Assembly: GCA_951406725.2 (NCBI GenBank)
Contig: OX597836.1
Coordinates: 17,050,001-17,114,000 of the forward strand
DNA: 64,000 bases
From: Octopus vulgaris
Taxonomy: Eukaryota
Reading direction: 5' to 3'
The notes beneath the pieces are model-generated. The model did no database searches, had not been told where the DNA came from, and saw only the letters and a list, made by a program, of their open reading frames with translations. Each line of letters starts with the position of its first letter. Positions within the stretch are counted from its first letter, which is position 1. Positions 38,960 to 53,719 of the stretch are shown here, one piece after another. Both the position numbers and the translations under genes were made by a program.

Positions 38960-39364
38960 AATATTTATTTATGAATACATATAAGATATATATGCGAGTG
39001 TATATAATACATATATATATACACACATATATACATACATACATAGATACATACATATATATATATAAATATATATGTGTATGTATGTATATATATATAT
39101 GTATGTATGTATGTATGATTATATATATATATATAATATATGTATGTATATATATACATACATACATACATGTGTGTGCATAACACACAGCTATATACTA
39201 CATCTACCGATATGATTCTCTTTCCATGTTGTATATTCGCTCTCATTCTACTCCATTCTGTCTTCCCAGTTTTTCTTTCGGCGTTTCTATATTTATATGT
39301 GTATCCACACTCATTCAACTACATCCCACAGCCGGTTACTGAGCGTGACACCGAACCACACACA

Positions 39365-39580
39365 CACACTCACACACACATACTCGTACATGCACGCATA
39401 CAAGCACAGACACACACATACACAAGTACACACACACACACACACTCGTACATGCACGCATACAAGCACAGACACACACATACACACTCGTACATGCACG
39501 CATACAAGCACAGACACACACATACACAAGCAGACACACACATACACACTCGTACACGCACGCATACAAGCACAGACACA
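39365..39580. repeat. Four copies of a ~40-60-bp minisatellite unit (ctcgtacatgcacgcatacaagcacagacac)
   Basis: Seen directly. Confidence 0.9.
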
Positions 39581-39799
39581 CTTAACAGTCTGGTTAACGA
39601 CTTTATTACATGTAACAACATATATACATACACACACACACACATACACAAGCGCGCACGTATACACACTCACACACACACACTCATACACACACATACT
39701 GTACAGTTAGCAGAAGTAACAACATATACATGAACTCCCACCTATTTTTGCATACACACGCGCAAACTCACACTTTCACACACATGTAAACGCAAGCAT

Positions 39800-39839
<40 letters not shown>

Positions 39840-39945
39840 GTACTCACACTGACACATACATATTCATTCACCCCCAAACACACACATACACCCGCAAAAT
39901 TAGTATCTTAACACATCGAATAGCGGAACGGCCACACACGTATAG

Positions 39946-40018
<73 letters not shown>

Positions 40019-40538
40019 TACACTGTGTCTTTCTCTCTATCATCAGCATAATCACAGATCGAGACAAATTTTGCCAATTAAAGAAGAAAAACGAACTTCT
40101 GTCCGTAATTGTGCCAAGACATGGGATATAACATGAAAAATACATTTTTGCCTGTCATAAATACATGTATGTATGCATGCATGTATGTATGTATATATAT
40201 ATATATATATATATACTCTTTACCCTTTTACTTGTTTCAGTCATTTGACTGAGGCCATGCTGGAGCACCGCCTTTAGTCGAGCAACTCGACCCCGGGACT
40301 TCATCTTTTGTAAGCCCAGTACTTATTCTATCCCCCGCTAAGTAACGGGGACATAAACACACCAGCATCGGTTGTCAACCATATATATATACATATATAT
40401 ATACATATATATATACAACGGGCATTGATCGACTCGAGGCTATAGTAGAAGACACTTGCCCAAGGTGCTACGCAGTGGGACTGAACCCAGAACCATGTGG
40501 TTGGTAAACAAGTTACTTACCACACAGCCACTCCTGCG

Positions 40539-40628
<90 letters not shown>

Positions 40629-40639
40629 TATACATATAC

Positions 40640-40732
<93 letters not shown>

Positions 40733-40842
40733 GTTTAAATATTTGTTGTGCAAGATTTTTTATGTGAAGTCGTGTGTTGAAACAGATATTGTTATATTTC
40801 GGAATGGCTAAACTGGCAAAATGACCATTCCGAAATATAACA

Positions 40843-40899
<57 letters not shown>

Positions 40900-42138
40900 T
40901 ATACATACACACACACACACACACGCATTTATATATATATATACACACACATACACATTTGCGTGTGAGTGCGTGTGTGCATTTATTAACATTTAGCTGA
41001 AGCAACAGTGTGACATGAGGACCGAGTGTTTGATGCGTTGGCGCCTATCAAACGCACGAAACTCTCGGACCGTGAGTCATTTCGTTATTTCTGCTAAATA
41101 TTAATAAAAATACATAGGTACAGGCGTTGCTGTGTGGTAAGCAATTGCTGTTAAACCACATGGTTCCAGGTTCAGTCCCACTGCGTGGCACCTTGGGCAA
41201 GTGTCTTCTACCATAGACTCAGGAGAACCAAAACCTTGTGAGTTGGTTTGGAAGACGGAAACTGAAGGAAGCTTGTCGTGTGTGTGTGTGTATATATATA
41301 TATATATTGTATGTGGGGGTGGTCATGTTGTCAGTTTAGCCAATATATATATTTATGTGTCTGTTGTGTTTGTACCACTACCGTCGCTTGGCAACCGATG
41401 CTGGTATTTACGTCGTTGGTGGTTCAGCAAAAGAGACCGATAGAATTTTGTTATGCTGGGACCGACGTAAAGTGGGGTAAATCGACGGAAGTTGAGGTGT
41501 ATTTCTTTCCATTACTTTCTTAACAAACAAAATAACGACGTGAAGTCGAAAAGAAAAACGTAACCCGAAACGACGCAAAGTCGAAAAAGATGTAATCTTT
41601 TATCTTTTATCGTTTAGTTGTTTCAGCTATTTGACTGCAGCCACGCTGGAGCACCGCCTTGAAGAATGAATTGACACTAGTGCTAAATTTTTTTTCTAAG
41701 CCTGGTAATTATTCTATCGGTCTCTTTTGCCGAACCATAAAGTTGCGAGGAGGTAAACACACCAACACCGGTTGTCAAGCAGTTGTGGGGGTCAAATATA
41801 GAAACTCTAATCCTAACACTCATCCTAACCCAGATCAGGTCATTTCACACGTAACCCGAAACGAGGCAAAATCAAAAAAAAAAAGAGGTAACTAGAAACG
41901 ACGTAAAGTTGAAAAAGACGTAACTCGAAACTACGTCAATTGACCTGAAACGAGGTCAAATTAAAAAAAAAGAGGTAACTAGAAACGACGTAAAGTTGAA
42001 AAAGAAGTAACTCGAAACCACGTATATCGAAGTATGCTTGGATATAAATAAAAATTAACTTCGTCCGACGGAAGAACGGCAAACATCTGCAATGACCATC
42101 TTTGAGTGCCTCCAATATTGTGCTTGTGTGTTGTGTGT

Positions 42139-42183
<45 letters not shown>

Positions 42184-42314
42184 GTGTGTATGTGTGTGTG
42201 TGTGTCTGGCGCCAATCACAGAGGATGTCAGCCACAGGGGGTGGTAATGACGGGTGGGGTTTTGCTGCTGGAAATTGCTGAATAGAAAATATAATTCTAT
42301 ATGTTGTAAGGTTT

Positions 42315-42322
42315 GTGTGTGA

Positions 42323-42356
<34 letters not shown>

Positions 42357-43505
42357 TTTTAGCTGTATGCGAGAATGTGTGCGCGTATGTGTATATGTGT
42401 GTATGTATATCAAGTTATGTATATCTGTGTATGTGTGAATGTGAGAGTATGTGTGAAAGCATGAGTGTGTATATGTGTGTGTGTGTATGTGTTTATGTGT
42501 ATATAGCTGTGTATATGCGCGTGTATATAACCATGTGCGTACATAATTGTGTGTACGTGTGTGTGTGTGTGTGCATAGCTGTGTGTAAGTGTATGTTATA
42601 TATGTGTGTGTATGTGTGCACAATCGCGTGTGTATGTGCATAGCTGTATGTGTATGTATATGTGTATAATTGTATGTGTCTGTATTTGTGTATGTATAGC
42701 TGTCTGTATATGTGTGTGTGTGTGCGTGCGTGCATGTGTGAATGTGAGAGTATGTGTGAAAGCATGTGTGCATGAGTGTGTATATGTGTGTGTGTGTGTG
42801 TGCATAACTGAGTGTGTATATAGCTGTGTGTATATGCGCGTGTATATAACCGTGTGCGTACATAATTGTGTGTACGTGTGTGTGTGTGTGTGTGTGCATA
42901 GCTGTGTATGTGTGTATTTGCATGGGCGTCCGCATAGCTGAGTGTGTGTATAGCTGTGCATGTATATGTGTGTATATAACTATGCATCTATATTTGTGTG
43001 TTTGTGTGCATATGTGTATGTGAGTGTGTGTGTGTGTGTGTGTATGAGTATAAGTTGAGCGTATGTATACCTGTGCCTGTATATGTGTGTATATAACTAT
43101 GCATCTATGTATATGTTTTTCTGTGTGTGTCTGTATGTATGTGCGTGTGTGTGTGTGTACATGGCTTTGTGTAAGTGTATGTGTATATGTATATGTATGT
43201 GTGTGTGCATAGTTCTGAGTGAGTGTATGTGTATGTAAAGTTGTGTATGTGTCTGTATGTATGTGTGTGTGAGTGTATGTGTATGTTTGTTTGTTTGTGT
43301 GTATGTGTGCATAGTTCTGAGTGAGTGTATGTGTTTGTAAAGCTGTGTGTGTGTGTGTGTATGTATGTGTATGTTTATTTGTGTGTTTGTGTGTGCGTGT
43401 GTGCATAGTTGTGAGCGAGTGTATGTGTTTGTACAGCTGTTTGTGTGTGCGCGTGTGTGTGAGCGCGTGTGTGTGTGCGTGCGCGTGTGTGTGTGTGTCT
43501 GTGTG
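42315..43505. repeat. Cryptic (TG)n-derived minisatellite region
   Basis: Repeated tgcatagctg / tataaccatgtgcgtacataattg units; partial copy at ~44820-44930. Confidence 0.9.
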
Positions 43506-44337
43506 TCACAGTTGTCAAACACACTGGTTACTTTTGGTTTCTCTTTTGGTTCTCCCCCCCCCCCACGTCTAGTGACAGAAACGAGTTTCAAGGAACTCAG
43601 TGTTAAACTGAAATCTGTGAGGTTTGAGGTTGGGAAGGAGTAGGGGTGGGGGGGGGGTTACATCTATAAACCCTTCACCCTTGCACTGAAAATTAGGGGA
43701 ACGTCGTCGACCCCTTGACTATCTTACTCATTCATCATTTGTAATTACTGCTTCCGGCATTCAATCGATTTCGGGACGGAAGGTGCTGAGCTGACAGAAA
43801 TCGTTAGCGTGTCGGACAAAATGCTTTGTCGCGTTTCTTCCGGATTTTTACGTTCTGAGTTCAAATGCCGCCGAAGTTGACTTTGCCTTTCATCTTTTTG
43901 GGGGTCGATAAATTAGGTACCAGTTATGCGCTGAGGTCGATGTAATCGACTTAATCCCTTTGTCTGTCCTTGTTTGTCCCCTCTATGTTTAGCCCCTTGT
44001 GGGCAATAAAGAAATAAGAATCGTTAGCGTGTCCGGACAAAATGCTTAGTTGCATTTCTTCCGGACTTTTACGTTCTGAGTTCAAATGCCGCCGAGGTTG
44101 ACTTTGCCTTTCATCATTTTTGGGGGTCGAGACAATAAGCACCGGAGTCGATATAATCGACCAGCTCCACCCCTACTCCTGACAAATTCCAGGCCTATGC
44201 CGATAGAAGAAAGAACTATTTTTGTGGGACGAAAGACGGCGACTTGACAGAATTATTATCCCGTGACCGCGTGTGTATCGTTGGCGATTTTTTCCCCTCC
44301 GTCTTCCCTTCCTTGGTTCTTTCCTTTTCGTATGTTT

Positions 44338-44366
44338 CTGACGAAGAGCTCCGCTCGAAACGTTAA
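44338..44366 (+). ncRNA. Minimal type-I hammerhead ribozyme motif in a Penelope-like pLTR remnant (~44285-44470)
   Basis: CTGACGA-A-GAGC-tcc-GCTC-GAAACGTT-A: core boxes, 4-bp stem II, palindromic stem III (AACGTT). Stem I weak. Confidence 0.65.
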
Positions 44367-44466
44367 ATCCTCCTTCTTTCTTTCCTTTCCTCAGCGTCCA
44401 ATAGCACTATACTTGTTCCACGTCCTCGCGTTGTTGCGTTTTCTCTTTGTGTTTTCATGTTTGGAT

Positions 44467-44499
<33 letters not shown>

Positions 44500-44504
<5 letters not shown>

Positions 44505-44778
44505 TGTCTCCTACATTGATTCCTAACTACTCCCACATTTTGCGGTCAGTTTAACCAAAACCGGTACCTTATAGTCGTGATTCATATCGAGCTTCTGGTA
44601 TTAGTGCGCGTCTACGATGAGTCTATATTATTTATATATTTTTTCCATTTTAATGCATTTTCCGCTATTATATTAGGAATAACTCTCTAAAAATGTCTAT
44701 GTTTTTTTGTGGCTATAACTCTCTAAAAATGCTTATATAGTTATTTCTACAAACCCGAGCAACGCCGGGCAATTGATA

Positions 44779-44780
<2 letters not shown>
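44500..44780 (+). mobile_element. Non-autonomous Helitron-like element 3' end
   Basis: Subterminal hairpin cccgagcaacgccggg, then a degenerate CTAGT-like end (atagt), within (TA)n. Confidence 0.5.
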
Positions 44781-44823
<43 letters not shown>

Positions 44824-45058
44824 AAAGCATGTGTGCATGAGTGTGTACATATGTGTGAACGCGCGCGCGTGCGTGTGTGTGCTTAACTGCGTGTGTATAT
44901 GCGCGTGTATATAACCATGTGCGTACATGATTTGAATCTAAATTTTGTTGAACTTATATATATATATGTATATATATTACTCTTTCATTTACTTTTTCTA
45001 ATAATAGAAGTCTCGTTGCCGACGCAGATTAATATCTATCGCTTTGAATTCCACTTTA

Positions 45059-45118
<60 letters not shown>

Positions 45119-45346
45119 GTTCAAAGATTCTTCTTTGATATTTTGGTTTGTAATTAAGATGTTATGTATTTTTTTCCTTTTCGCGTTTATGTATTTATAT
45201 ATATATATATAGAGAGAGTTCGATAAGTGCGAACGCACGAAACCATTGGCCTGCAGTCAGTCTGTTGCTTCTGCTAAATATGAATAGAAGAAATATACAT
45301 ACACTCATATTTTGAGTTTTGTATATTTCTGTTTGTATCACCATGC

Positions 45347-45394
<48 letters not shown>

Positions 45395-45965
45395 ATTCAG
45401 GATTAAATAAAAAGAAGACTACAAACGAAAAATTTGACATACCTAAATATATATATAATTAAAAGTAAAGCGTAGTAAATAGAGAAACCAACATATACTG
45501 TTCATATGAGAAGTTGGTGACATTCCGTGTTTTCTGTTCGCTCGTGTATCTAGTATACGTTCGTTTGTTTATTTACTACACGTTTTTTTTAGAATGATAT
45601 ATATATATATATATATATATTAATAAATGAAATAAGACATATGCATATATATAAACATATATGTACGTACCTACCTCTACATGTACATATACACGCAAAG
45701 GGACGTCGAACACAAAGAGAAACGAAAACATAGACACAAACCAAAGGAACTGGACATTTTTAAAAAACAACAAAAAAATGGACTACAGGACAATTAACAC
45801 AATTAACACAATTAACACAATTAACACAAAGAAAAAAACCCTTCTTCAGTCGCTATGGTTTCATCTACTCTACGTTTCGAAGGATAAAAGCGAAATGTAT
45901 CTTCGACAAGAAACTTTCCTTCCTGCGAAAAGCAAATCAATTAAAATTTTGAGATCTTTTCGCAG

Positions 45966-46052
<87 letters not shown>

Positions 46053-46517
46053 CGTTCGTAATACATTTTCTCGTTCGGCTTAACAGCCCTTCTTGTCTTG
46101 TTATTCTCCTTCTCCTGTCTTTTACTGTTTATATTTTGTACTGTCGTTACTGTCCTGTTTTTGTTACCATTTTTACCCCTCCGCAAAAAGATCTCACATT
46201 TTATTTAATTTGCTTTTCGCTGGAAGGAAAGTTTCTATCGAAGATGCGTAACGCCTTCACCTTCGAAACGCAGAGTAGATGAAACCATGGCGACTAAAGA
46301 AGGGGAATTTTCCTTGCGTTATTTGTCCTGTACTCTATTTTTTTGTTGTTTAAGAAAAATGTCCAGTTCCTTGGTTTTGTGTTTATGTTTTCGTTTCTCA
46401 TTGTGTTCAACGTTTTTTTTGTGTGTCCTGTACCCATATATGCATGTATATATACATGTAGAGGTAGGTACGTACATATACGTATGTATATATGCATATG
46501 TTTTATTTATTAATTTA

Positions 46518-46574
<57 letters not shown>

Positions 46575-46751
46575 TATATATTATTAAAATTGAATATTGA
46601 CTTTCATCAGATATTTTGTATATTTATAGATAGATATATAAATATACGATAAATAAGACCCCAAAATACGATATATAGATGCATATAACGCTGTAGGGTT
46701 ATACCTGATTGATTTGTTTTCCCAAATTATTCACACACACACACATACACA

Positions 46752-46818
<67 letters not shown>

Positions 46819-46950
46819 TTATAGGGATGTCCCCGTTTGTTGTTTTTTTTATTTAATCCTGAAAATATTTTTTATGTACGGGGACGTGAACTCACCAACA
46901 TCGGTTGTCAAGCGATAGTGGGGGGACAAATACGGACACACAAAACACAA

Positions 46951-46981
<31 letters not shown>

Positions 46982-47347
46982 CGGCGGGCTTCATTCAGTT
47001 TCCGTCAACCAAATCCACTCACTCACAAGGCTTTGGTCGGACCGAGGCTATAAAAGACACTTGCTCAAGGCGTGTGGGACTGAACCCGGAACCATGTGGT
47101 TGGTAAGCAAGCTACTTACCACACAGCTATTCCTGCGCCCGAGCTATCTGTCTGTCTCTTCATGTATGTATACATATGCATATTTTCATTTGGAATCTTC
47201 TACACAGCTGGGGGCGAAAAACTGTGGCACGAAACGGCTGTACCAATTGGACCATGGAAGAACGACTTATCTCTCTACCTCTTTACCTACATACCTCAAG
47301 GAGAGAAAAAAATGTGTGTAGTGGCTAACGATCTATCATACATACAT

Positions 47348-47379
<32 letters not shown>

Positions 47380-47384
47380 ATGTG

Positions 47385-47487
<103 letters not shown>

Positions 47488-47733
47488 ACATACACACAAG
47501 CACACACACACGCTCTCTCTCTCTCTCTCTCTCCCTCTCTCTCTCGCACACACATACACACGTGTAAGAAACAAAACTTTTATTGATAGCATTTCCCCAA
47601 CATGCCCAGGCGGAACTTTTAAGCAACACAGTCGCTGTCCATAATTACGGATTTTTAATTAATTATATTTCCGGAAGTAACAATTATGCACCTGTAATCG
47701 AGTGTGTTGCTACAGATGATGATTATGTTGATG

Positions 47734-47765
<32 letters not shown>

Positions 47766-47991
47766 GATGACGACAGTAGCGTAATAGTAGGTGATAACGG
47801 AAGCAGTGATGGCGGAGTTAGCGGCAGCGATGATAGCGGCTGCAGTAATGGTGGTGGTGGTGGTAGTTGTGATGGCGCCGATACTGGTGGCAGTGGTGGT
47901 GACGGTGGTATGATGGTGGTGGGAATGGTAGTGATGGTGATATCGGGTTGTCATATAAATTCGTTCGTTTTATTTATTTATTTATTTATTT

Positions 47992-48418
47992 GTATCTTTT
48001 CGGTTTGAACGGCAGTTTTTTCTAGCGGTGTCATATGAAATTGTCACCCATAATTATGACCCTAGTATCGATCTATTGCATTTCAATCTGTTTAAGGGTT
48101 AGGGGTGGGGGTGGGGGTGGGAAGGGTATCTTTTTTTTCTTCACAAATGTAAATAAACCCAATCTGTTTCTTAAACGAGGGACATATTCATACGGCACAG
48201 AATGTTTTCACCTCAATAGACGTCATTGATTGGTTGAAATTGCAGAAATTGAAGAAAAAAAAAACCCAACAAATATCTTACAAACTATAGAATTTTTTCA
48301 ATAAAACCAAGAGAAAAAGATGTTTTATAAACACATTCTACCAGTATACGAAGTTTAAAAGTGTTTAGTTACGTGGAAATTATTTAAAAAAAAACTGCCG
48401 TTCAAACCGAAAAGATCC
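47992..48418. mobile_element. Third copy of the ~430-bp TIR element
   Basis: Near-identical to 53104-53531 throughout. Confidence 0.8.
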
Positions 48419-48647
48419 TTCCATCATCATATATATATCTGAAAAGAGATTTATTCGTATTTCAACCCCCAAGTTTTTTAAGACACAGCTTAAAGTGGGG
48501 GGGGGGGGGAGGGACAGAAAACAATTTACCCAAGTTGCCGTGTAGTGGTTACGAACTCTGGACCTCATGGGGGGGGGGGGAAGCGAAGCGGACTTCTTAA
48601 TCAAACAAGCCGTATTCTACGTCGATTACGTTCACTGCTACGCCGCT

Positions 48648-48683
<36 letters not shown>

Positions 48684-49118
48684 TCCGCCATCACCACCAA
48701 CTCCGACCCCCCCCCAGTACCACCGCCGTCCTCGCCCACCACCACTCACAAGACAATATATCACTACTGCCAAAAAGTTCAACTATTTTTACCAAACCGA
48801 TGGCTTACATTTCAAAATTCACTTCTGTTTGAATTAGTTTTGCGTGCGTGCGTGCGCGCGCGCGCACGCGTGTGTGTGTATGTGTGTGTGTGTGCATGCG
48901 TGTGTGTGTATGTGTACGTATGTATGCGTGTGCATGTGTGTGTATGCGTGCGTGTGTGTATGTGTGTGTGTATATATATACACACACACACACACACTCA
49001 CGCACACATATATATGTATATACACACACACACACATACACACACACATGCATACGCATACATACGTACACATACACACACACGCATGCACATATAATGT
49101 ATCTGCGTGTGCGTGTGT

Positions 49119-49199
<81 letters not shown>

Positions 49200-49453
49200 A
49201 TATATAACAGCATCTACATACATATATATGTGTATACATATGTGTATGTGTGCGTGTATGTACATATATATATATATATACATTCTGTGTATATACGTGT
49301 AGGTCTCTGTATGTTCCTGATTGCATCTAGACTACACAGGCATGCCGGTGTGCGTGTGTGTGTGGGGGGGGGGGGGGTGTGAGGTGTGTGTCTGTGTTGC
49401 GCGTGACGTCTACAGTTGTGAGAATGGTGTATACATGATGTATGTATATATGC

Positions 49454-49504
<51 letters not shown>

Positions 49505-49536
49505 TATATGTATGTATGTATGTATATGTGTGCGTG

Positions 49537-49574
<38 letters not shown>

Positions 49575-49629
49575 TACACACACACGCAATACGTATACAA
49601 ATACATACACCCATTCTTGCACAGACACA

Positions 49630-49713
<84 letters not shown>

Positions 49714-49780
49714 ATTAAAGAAATAAATACCTGAAACCATATCACCTAATTTTCTTTTTTTCTTACTCTTCGTCTTTCAG

Positions 49781-49869
49781 CCATTGTCTTAGTAACGGTA
49801 GCAAAGACAGAGAGAAGCATCGCGCTTTTGGACCCCAGGGGCTGGAGCACGTCTGTGAATGAGTTTGAG
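49781..49869 (+). CDS. Candidate isolated internal exon (89 nt) of an unidentified plus-strand gene
   Basis: Branch-like CCTAAT, long polypyrimidine tract, TTTCAG acceptor and GAG|GTAACC donor. One frame is open throughout (IVLVTVAKTERSIALLDPRGWSTSVNEFE). Product not recognised. Confidence 0.4.
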
Positions 49870-50333
49870 GTAACCAGACGGGTGACCCCTTTTTTTTCTG
49901 TATGCGGTCTAGGATTACTTCTTCTTTGACCTTCTTTTGCTTGTTTCAGTCATTGGTCTGTGGCCACGCTGGAGCACTGCCTCGAAGGTTTTTTTTAGTT
50001 GAACAAATCGGCAGCCGTACTTGTTTATCAAGTTTAGAATTCATTCTCGGTCTCTTTTGCTGAACAGCTAAGATACGGTGACATAAACAAAGCAATACCG
50101 GTTGTCAAGCGGTTGGGGTTCACAGACACAGACACAGACTCAAAGACACTAACAATCATGCCTGCGCCTATATATGTGTAACACACTACGAAATCAGTGT
50201 TGGTCTGTACATAGAACGGGTTAAAACTCTGTAAACCGAAACCGTGACCAGCTGAAATAGTCTCGACTGGTTTCTGCTATCTTATTGAGGCTCTCAACTC
50301 GAGTCAGGCCGCCAATAAGAGTGAGAGAGAGAA

Positions 50334-50378
<45 letters not shown>

Positions 50379-50395
50379 TAGATAGATAGATAGAC

Positions 50396-50469
<74 letters not shown>

Positions 50470-50758
50470 CTGAAACTGACCTCTCATGGAAGAGGTCGCG
50501 AATAGCGGCAAAAGGTCTTCGACAAACATAACTGAATGATCAACCGAATTATTAATCAAACAACTAATTAGTTAATTGATTAAATAGTTAATCAACCGAG
50601 GAATAATAAAGAAGTAAAATAGAACCAGTGCATGTATTTGTTATTGGCATAACGACCCCACCCAAGACACAACATAATCTGTTTCAACACACTAATTCAC
50701 ATAAAAAATCTTGCAATACAACAACAAAATGCTTGTGTGTGTCTGTGTGTGTGTGTAT

Positions 50759-50885
<127 letters not shown>

Positions 50886-51593
50886 CATGCATATATACAC
50901 ATAGATCTGAGCATGAAACTTCGAGTTGCTCAGATTTTAATTCTGTGTTTATGAAATGATACTTATCTCTCGCTGGTTGAAGTACTTTTTTTGTTGATCC
51001 TACCGATGGTGGAATAGTTCTCAACGTGTGTGTGTATATATATATATATGAAAAATTTAGGTCACTTTAAATATGCTTGTGACATATTTCAACTGCTAAA
51101 GGCAAATTCACTGAAGTTCGGTGGAGAAAATTTCTCTCTTATGGTAAAAATAGGTCTAAAATACCATATCTGTTCAGTGAAGTAATCATAGGATTCCCAG
51201 ACATCGATATTTCTAGCTCTTTCGCCGTTATCAATGGGAAATACAGAAGAGAGGCAACTCTGCACAGACTTAATCAAAACCGTGGCTTTAACTAAAATAT
51301 AGTCAAGAAATTGACTGATTTGTGCCAGTAGATCGTCAAGATCGTGAAAATTACAGGAATATCTGTGCCAAGCAGCGTTTAGGCGTAAGTGAACTTTGAC
51401 AATTGACAAGTCCCTTAACCCCTTGGGTGGGGGTAGGGAACGGGAAGGGGTTAGCGGGGCGCAGCAGCTAAGCAGCGTATCTACCGCAAAAGTTAAGGGG
51501 ACGTAAACACATCAACATCAGTTATCAAGCGTTCGTGAGAGCACTAATAAAAAAATTATCCAAAATTCTGACAGCCTCCTTCTTTATATACAT

Positions 51594-51604
51594 ATGTATG
51601 TACG

Positions 51605-51635
<31 letters not shown>

Positions 51636-52505
51636 TGTATGTATGTATGTATGTATGTATGTATGTATGTATGTATGTATGTATGTATGTATGTATGTAT
51701 GTATGTACGTACGTACGTATGTATGTACGTACGTACGTATGTATGTATGTATGTATGTATGTATGTATGTATGTATGTATGTACGTACGTACGTATGTAC
51801 GTATGTATGTATGTATGTATGTATGTATGTATGTATGTATGTATGTATGTATGTACGTACGTACGTACGTACGTACGTATGTATGTATGTATGTATGTAT
51901 GTATGTATGTATGTATGTATGTATGTATGTATGTACGTACGTACGTACGTACGTATGTATGTATGTATGTATGTATGTATGTATGTATGTATGTATGTAT
52001 GTATGTATGTATGTATGTATGTATGTACGTACGTATGTATGTATGTATGTATGTATGTATGTATGTATGTTTGTATGCATGCATGTATGTATGTATGCAT
52101 GCATGCATGTATGTACGTATGTATGTATGTATGTATGTATGTATGTATGTATGTATGTATGTACGTACGTATGTATGTATGTATGTATGTATGTATGTAT
52201 GTATGTATGTATGTATGTATGTATGTATGTATGCATGCATGTATGTATGTATGCATGCATGTATGTATGTATGTATGTATGTATGTATGTATGTATGTAT
52301 GTATGTATGTATGTATGTATGTATGTATGTATGTATGTTTGTATGCATGCATGCATGTATGTATGTATGCATGCATGTATGTACGTATGTATGTATGTAT
52401 GTATGTATGTATGTATGTATGTATGTATGTATGTATGTATGTATGTTTGTATGTATGTATGTATGTATGCATGCATGCATGCATGTATGTATGTATGTAT
52501 GTATG

Positions 52506-52539
<34 letters not shown>

Positions 52540-52540
52540 T
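51594..52540. repeat. ~950-bp (TATG)n microsatellite with TACG and TGCA variant blocks
   Basis: Seen directly; source of the MYVC/HTYI pseudo-ORFs. Confidence 0.98.
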
Positions 52541-53103
52541 CTATCTATCTATATATATGTACACACACACACGCACACTCACTCACACACACACACACAT
52601 GTATGTATGTATGTGATGTGTACGTGCATGTTTGTGTGTGCGCGCCAACCATTTTAGTGCACATGAAATTCCGATAAAATCGTAATGTCCGTCATCTAAA
52701 AGATATTTTTAGCAATTTTCATTGAAAAATATCCATCTGCCTGAAAGTTGCGAGGAAAACTAAGTCGATTCGTCTGAATTATCGAAACCCTTCTCTCTCA
52801 CTCTGAAAGATTTTTCATATTTAAATTCTGATGTAACTGAAACCTACGCTATCTGAAAGGTATTTTTAAGAAATTTCGGTTTTTCTGAAAGTTATGAAGA
52901 AACAGAGTCGATGGGAGGACACTTGTATCGATATGCTGAAATAGGAGCCTGTGACCCAAGAAAAAGTACGTGGGTATGCCGAAAAGTTTCTTTAAGGGCG
53001 TAGCGAGAAGCCTGGGCGGAGGCCTAAACTTCCGGGTTCTTTTACGGGGCTTAAAAAAACTGAAGGACCGCTGCAATGAATGTGTGAATCTGAGAGAGGA
53101 ATA

Positions 53104-53531
53104 GGATATTTTCGGTTTGACCGGCAGTTTTTTCTAGCGGTGTCATATGAAATTGTCACCCATAATTATGACCCTAGTATCGATCTATTGCATTTCAATC
53201 TCTTTTAGGGTTATGGTTAGGAGTGGGGGTGGGGGCGGGGGGAAGGGTATCTTTTTTTCTTCACAGATGTAAATAAACCCAATCTGTTTCTTAAACGAGG
53301 GACATATTAATACGGCACAGAATGTTTTCACTTCAATAGACGTCATTGATTGGTTGAAATTGCAGAAATTGAAGAAAAAAAACAACAAATATCTTACAAA
53401 CTATAGAATTTTCTCAATAAAGCAAAGAGAAAAAGATGTTTTATAAACACATTCTACCAGTATACGAAGTTTTAAAGTGTTTAGTTACGTGGAAATTATG
53501 TTAAAAACTGCCGGTCAAACCGAAAAGATCC
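53104..53531. mobile_element. Non-autonomous DNA transposon (~430 bp), GG...CC termini, 8-bp TSD (Merlin-like)
   Basis: TIR GGAT(A/C)TTTTCGGTTTGACCGGCAGTTTTT. TSD GAGGAATA at 53096-53103 and 53532-53539. Inserted in a mariner MITE. Confidence 0.75.
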
Positions 53532-53719
53532 GAGGAATATGTTGAATAAAAACATAATCCCCCTGTGTTTTCTTTTACCTAAAGCCAGGAACCTTTTAGC
53601 AGCCGCTTGTAGTTACTTAGCTTCAACTAAAAAACGTTGTGAAACACGTATTTATTCAATTATTCCCCCTGAAGTGTAAATAAGACGGCGATAGTTGCCT
53701 CCCTTGTATAAAGATGGCG

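Noticed and set aside
48567-48832. (GCC)n poly-Ala/poly-Pro ORF
   Set aside because: No convincing splice signals or homology; runs into a microsatellite. May be UTR-like but unsupported.
51089-51409. 106-aa minus-strand ORF in unique sequence
   Set aside because: No recognisable domain, non-ATG start and no matching splice pair.
51525-52677. 300-380 aa ORFs (MYVC/HTYI repeats), likewise at 42297-43406, 54135-55430 and 60013-60818
   Set aside because: Translations of stop-free microsatellites; no coding signal.
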